Assembly: GCA_965206595.1 (NCBI GenBank)
Contig: OZ242214.1
Span: forward strand, 6,816,001 to 6,880,000
Reading direction: 5' to 3'
DNA from: Candidatus Latescibacterota bacterium
Lineage (GTDB): Bacteria; Latescibacterota; UBA2968; UBA8231
DNA length: 64,000 nucleotides
Under the pieces are notes generated by a model that searched no databases, was not told the origin of the DNA, and saw nothing but the letters and a program-made list of their open reading frames with translations. Of the stretch, positions 60,214 through 64,000 are shown in pieces. Made by a program: the position numbers and the translations under genes. The first letter of the stretch is position 1. The number at the start of each line of letters is the position of its first letter.

Positions 60214-61242
60214 GTGAAGGCGTTGCATTTGCGGTTCCGAATTATCGGCATACTGGGTATCCCTCTGTTGCTGTCTTGCGGTAACACGCTGGTCGGGCCC
60301 GATCCTGCCGACACGGCGCGAAGCAACTTTCAGATTCTGTGGGAGAATTTCGACCGCTACTATGCCCTGTTCGAATTCAAGAACATCGATTGGAATGCCC
60401 TGTATGCCGTCTATTCGCCGCAGGTTACGGAACGCACGGACGATGGCGCGCTCTTTGACATCATGTCCGCCATGCTTGCTCACCTGAAGGACGGTCACGT
60501 CGATCTAACGACACCGTTCGCGTATTTCAACTCTGCGAATAGAAAGCCCCTGAAGACGCTCGATATGGAGTTGGTTAAACGGGAGTATCTGAATTCGGGA
60601 TTTCAGACGGCGGGGAATGGCAATTTCACATACGGGCAAGTGGCCGCCGAGATAGGCTATATCCACATTGCGTCCTTCAGCAGCAGGGCGCGAAGGCTCT
60701 GGGTGGAGGGAATAGATCCCATTGTGGATCGGTTTTCCGAAAATAAGGGTCTGATTATTGACGTCAGAAACAACCCCGGGGGGGACAGCAGGAATACGGA
60801 GGCAATAGCAGGACGATTTGCAGACCGGAAGCGCGTGTCCTCGCTATTGCAGGTACGCCGCGGACCGGGTCATTCGGACTTCAGCCCGCTTCGGGAATTG
60901 CACGTCGAGCCGGCTGGCGCCAGGCAATTCACCAGTTCCATCGTTGTGCTCACGGATAAAACCGTGGCCAGTTCAGCGGAGTATTTCGTTCTGGCGATGA
61001 AAAGATTCCCGTATACTACAGTTATTGGAGACAGGACGGGTGGCGTGATGGCAAACAACGTCCCGCGGGAACTTCCCAATGGCTGGGTATATCGGATCTC
61101 AATCGGCAAGTGGTTTTCAGCCGATGGCGAATTCTTCGAAGCCGTGGGCATACCTCCGGACATTCCCGTTCACGTCGCCGCTTCTGACGAACCGTTGGAG
61201 AGGGACGTGATTTTGGAGAAAGCGTTAGAACTGCTGAATTAG
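60214..61242 (+). CDS. S41-family peptidase lipoprotein
   Basis: Lipobox LLSC; LKDGHV, IGYIHIASF, IIDVRNNPGG, ASSAE, IGDRTGG, GIPPD. Confidence 0.88.
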   Translation: MKALHLRFRIIGILGIPLLLSCGNTLVGPDPADTARSNFQILWENFDRYYALFEFKNIDWNALYAVYSPQVTERTDDGALFDIMSAMLAHLKDGHVDLTTPFAYFNSANRKPLKTLDMELVKREYLNSGFQTAGNGNFTYGQVAAEIGYIHIASFSSRARRLWVEGIDPIVDRFSENKGLIIDVRNNPGGDSRNTEAIAGRFADRKRVSSLLQVRRGPGHSDFSPLRELHVEPAGARQFTSSIVVLTDKTVASSAEYFVLAMKRFPYTTVIGDRTGGVMANNVPRELPNGWVYRISIGKWFSADGEFFEAVGIPPDIPVHVAASDEPLERDVILEKALELLN

Positions 61243-61443
61243 CCATCGTCGGGCGCGCAATTGCCCAGCGGACGGAGAATCAGCGGCAACGAGACGGTTT
61301 GAGGAACACGGATTATGGGGAAACTTTCGATTCTGGATCTGGAGCTTGCTCTATAACTGGGTGGTCGGGTACGGGAGTGTGAAGATTCCCCCACTTTCCG
61401 GATACCTTCCACCCACGGCAGCGCGCCGCATCTCAAGGTACCC

Positions 61444-62823
61444 CTGGACTTTTGCAAACTCCGCTTTTTTACTAAAGTTTCAGGTGTGCGACAATTCGCT
61501 GCTCTGTCCACCCTATTGTGGCTTGGTCCACTACCCACGAGATGGTCTTACTGAGCGTTTCTCGCGACACGGCTCGACAGGCTTCGCCAATGGTCGTCAG
61601 CACGGTGTGAGCCCAGTCACGCGCACGGCCCTGCCGCATCCGTGCCCTGAGCAGACTGTGCGTCAGCATCACGAGGTACCTATGCCGGGTCTGGCCCTCG
61701 CCGCTTTTGTAACTGACCGTCTCCCATGCCCAGATGGTGCTTGCCGTCCCGATGAAAAATCTCGGTGCCCGTCCAGCGTTTGCGATAGACGTTCAGAATA
61801 CGACTGATCTCCCAGTGCACGCGATGGGTCAGTAGAAACTTGACCGCTTCCCTGCCGTTCTTGCGATCCCACAGGATCACCAGGCGAACCCGGTGCTCGA
61901 GCTTGGGCAGACTCAGGGTTTTGGTGAAATACCATTGTTTGCGCTTGCCGATGCTGGCCTGTTTGCGATCCTCGGGTGGGATATTCGCAGCCACTTCGGC
62001 GGCCTTCATCAGGCCGCCCTTGAACTCGACCTTGCGGTTGCTCTTCAGGGCCCCTACGTAGCCGCGCTCATGACTATGGATGTGATCGAGACACTCGACA
62101 CTGCTGAAGTAGCAGTCGAAGGCGAAATCACCCGGGATCTGTCGGCACACGACCCCGTCCACCAGCTCTTTGAACAGCTCGGTATGGCTCTTGAAGGACG
62201 CGTCCGTCTCCCCTTCCCGGCGCTTGCGAAAGCGACGGAATTCCATCGGATAGTATTTCCCCGAGGTGCACACGTAGTTGGCGATGACGTAGTCGTGGGC
62301 AATCCTATGGCGCTGGTCGGAGTGATCCCAGAACCAACCCACGTCCTCGATCTTGTCTCCGCTGTGGCCGACCAAGGTGTTGTCGATGGCGATCACCCCG
62401 CGCCCCGAATAGCGCGTCGAGGGGTGCTCCTGCAACCATTCCAGGCGATGTTTGTTGAGCCATTTCCCGTGCCCACCGCACCTGCGTAATCCAGCGGTTC
62501 AGGCAGGATTGATCGGTGGTCTCGACGAACTCGGCGTTGATCGCCGATACATGTTTGCGTTCGGCCACCATCAACCCGGTCAGATACTCGCCAAAGTGAC
62601 GGCGCTCCGGGGCGTTGGCGAAGAGGCCGCCGAACTCTGCCACCGCGTCTTCAACCACCGTGGGAAAATCAACAATACCTGGCATGAACAACCTCTCACA
62701 TGGCCAGGGGAAACGAAGGCGGGGGATGCCTTCGTCCTACCAAAAATACCAAGTTCCATCGAATTCGCGCTACCCTCTATCCTTGCCGATTATTCAGGAA
62801 TTCTGCCTTTTGCAAAAGTCCAG
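61444..62823 (-). mobile_element. IS701-family insertion sequence with frameshifted transposase (about 61472-62691)
   Basis: Perfect 15-bp terminal IRs CTGGACTTTTGCAAA (61444-61458) / TTTGCAAAAGTCCAG (62809-62823); YLTGLM, IAIDNT, FDCYF, Y.KRW..E.FHRDGK..LG. Confidence 0.85.
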
Positions 62824-63111
62824 ATGCACCTCGCCGGCGCCCTGGCGATGGAGCTGGCCCCGGACAACGTCAGGGTGAACACCGTCTGCCCGGGCTCCAT
62901 CCTTTTCCCCGGGGGCGGCTGGGACCTGATGCAGCGCAGAGAGCCGCAGGAGTTCGGCGACTTCGAGCAACGGGAGTTCCCCGCGGGCCGGCTCGGCCGC
63001 GCCGAGGAGGTCGCCGACGCCGTGGTCTACCTGGCGTCGGAACGGGCGAGCTGGATCAACGGGGCCGCGGTTCCCGTCGACGGTGCCCAGGGACGGCCGT
63101 CGATTTTCTGA
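62824..63111 (+). pseudogene. SDR oxidoreductase C-terminal remnant cut at the IS701 end
   Basis: LAMELAPDNVRVNTVCPGSI..GRLGRAEEVA..WINGAAVPVDG begins right after the IR. Confidence 0.85.
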
Positions 63112-63234
63112 CGCTCCCGATCCCCTTTCCCTCCGCGGAAAGCACAGAGCAGCCTCTGAGTCTGGCCTCGGGGGTACGGGGGCATTCCGGTTTCCGATCT
63201 CGGTCAGAAAGGTGCCCGTCCATGTCACCCTGTG

Positions 63235-63295
63235 TTGACCCCCAATGGATGCCATCATACTATGAGATCATATAGATATCATTTTATCGTGGCAT
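63235..63295 (+). promoter_or_regulatory. Sigma70 promoter and putative operator of the TA operon
   Basis: TTGACC-N17-TACTAT (63235-63263) overlapped by ATGCCATCAT / ATGAGATCAT / TAGATATCAT repeats. Confidence 0.65.
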
Positions 63296-63311
63296 TTGAA
63301 GGAGGTGCTTC

Positions 63312-63584
63312 TTGGCGGATTCCCTGAAGAACATGACCCTTCGTGGAGTGGGTCCCCAGCTCGCAGCCAGGTTGAGAGAGGAGGCCGAGCGGGAGGGCAA
63401 GAGCGTGAACCAGACCGCCTTGGACGCCCTTCGAAAGCAGTTCGGATTGGGCAAGTCCCGGCGGTTCACCGAGGTCCATCGAGACCTGGATCACCTGTTC
63501 GGACGATGGGACGAGGATGAGTTCGCGCGGATCCAGCAGAGCATCGACTCCGGCCGGCGAATCGACCCGGAACTCTGGCGGTGA
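63312..63584 (+). CDS. Ribbon-helix-helix antitoxin (VapB/FitA-like)
   Basis: MTLRGV..L.ARLREEAEREGKSVNQ; GGAGG RBS; upstream of a PIN toxin. Confidence 0.8.
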   Translation: MADSLKNMTLRGVGPQLAARLREEAEREGKSVNQTALDALRKQFGLGKSRRFTEVHRDLDHLFGRWDEDEFARIQQSIDSGRRIDPELWR

Positions 63585-63592
63585 ACGAATAG

Positions 63593-64000
63593 GTGAACGA
63601 ATACCTGATCGATACCAATATCTACTCGCACGCCATGCGCGCGGAGCCGGCAGTGGTGTCCCTGCTTCGCCGGGCTTCGCGAATCGCGATCAGCTCGATC
63701 AGCATCGGGGAGTTGCTTTCCGGATTCAAGGGCGGAGCGCGGGAGCGCAAGAACCGCGAGGAACTCGCCGAGTTCCTCGATTCTCCTCGCGTGTCGGTGT
63801 GCGGCGTCAGCGAGGATACAGCCGAGTTCTATGCGGAGATCCTCGACAGGTTGAGAACCGCCGGTACCCCGATCCCGACGAACGACATCTGGATTGCCGC
63901 CCAGGCCATGGAGCAGGGTCTGCGGCTGGTCTCGCTGGACCGCCACTTCGCATCCGTGGCGGGATTGCTTCTGCTCTCACCCGAGGAACCCGGGATCCAG
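63593..64000 (+). CDS. vapC: VapC PIN-domain toxin, runs off the window
   Basis: Own translation: VNEYLIDTNIYS..SIGELLSG..GTPIPTNDIWIAAQA..LVSLDRHF. Confidence 0.9.
   Translation, partial: MNEYLIDTNIYSHAMRAEPAVVSLLRRASRIAISSISIGELLSGFKGGARERKNREELAEFLDSPRVSVCGVSEDTAEFYAEILDRLRTAGTPIPTNDIWIAAQAMEQGLRLVSLDRHFASVAGLLLLSPEEPGIQ

Noticed and set aside
1-64000. CRISPR array, tRNA or rRNA genes
   Set aside because: No regularly spaced repeat-spacer series, cloverleaf or rRNA signature seen by eye; tandem repeats occur only as pairs.

Overview
64-kb GC-rich bacterial window. A PorV/UPF0164-type barrel, a protein with an FlgD-Ig/T9SS-A-like C-terminal domain and four PhyH-family dioxygenases suggest an FCB-superphylum organism such as Latescibacterota; this is inference only. 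Layout: (1) 1-11.4 kb, intact housekeeping genes (truA, htrA-like, psd, pssA, tatA, gatA, PorV-like, pcm, sodN, DUF151, radC, lnt). (2) 11.6-18.9 kb, a three-subunit Co-type nitrile hydratase/thiocyanate hydrolase-like operon among partly decayed catabolic genes, then tatC. (3) 18.9-30.8 kb, an accessory/defence island punctuated by three same-orientation IS91-family 3' remnants and carrying a UDG-like protein, a DUF262-DUF1524 (GmrSD-like) nuclease and an Mrr-type nuclease. (4) 30.9-38.7 kb, metabolic genes and a DUF2330 surface protein. (5) 38.8-50.2 kb, an envelope/ion module with two MscS-like proteins, MgtE plus a soluble MgtE-N/CBS protein, an MFS with a long tail, YihY, and a sigma54 activator facing a near-consensus sigma54 promoter. 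(6) 50.3-64 kb, secreted proteins, an IS91 fragment next to foreign-looking ispF/cysS remnants, a translationally coupled ABC-ATPase/PIN/RNA-ligase triad (the best candidate for an undescribed defence or RNA-repair system), an IS701 element with 15-bp inverted repeats and a VapBC pair. Two hairpin-dense intergenic regions are candidate ncRNAs. No rRNA, tRNA or CRISPR array was seen. All family calls come from motif recognition by eye, not from database searches.
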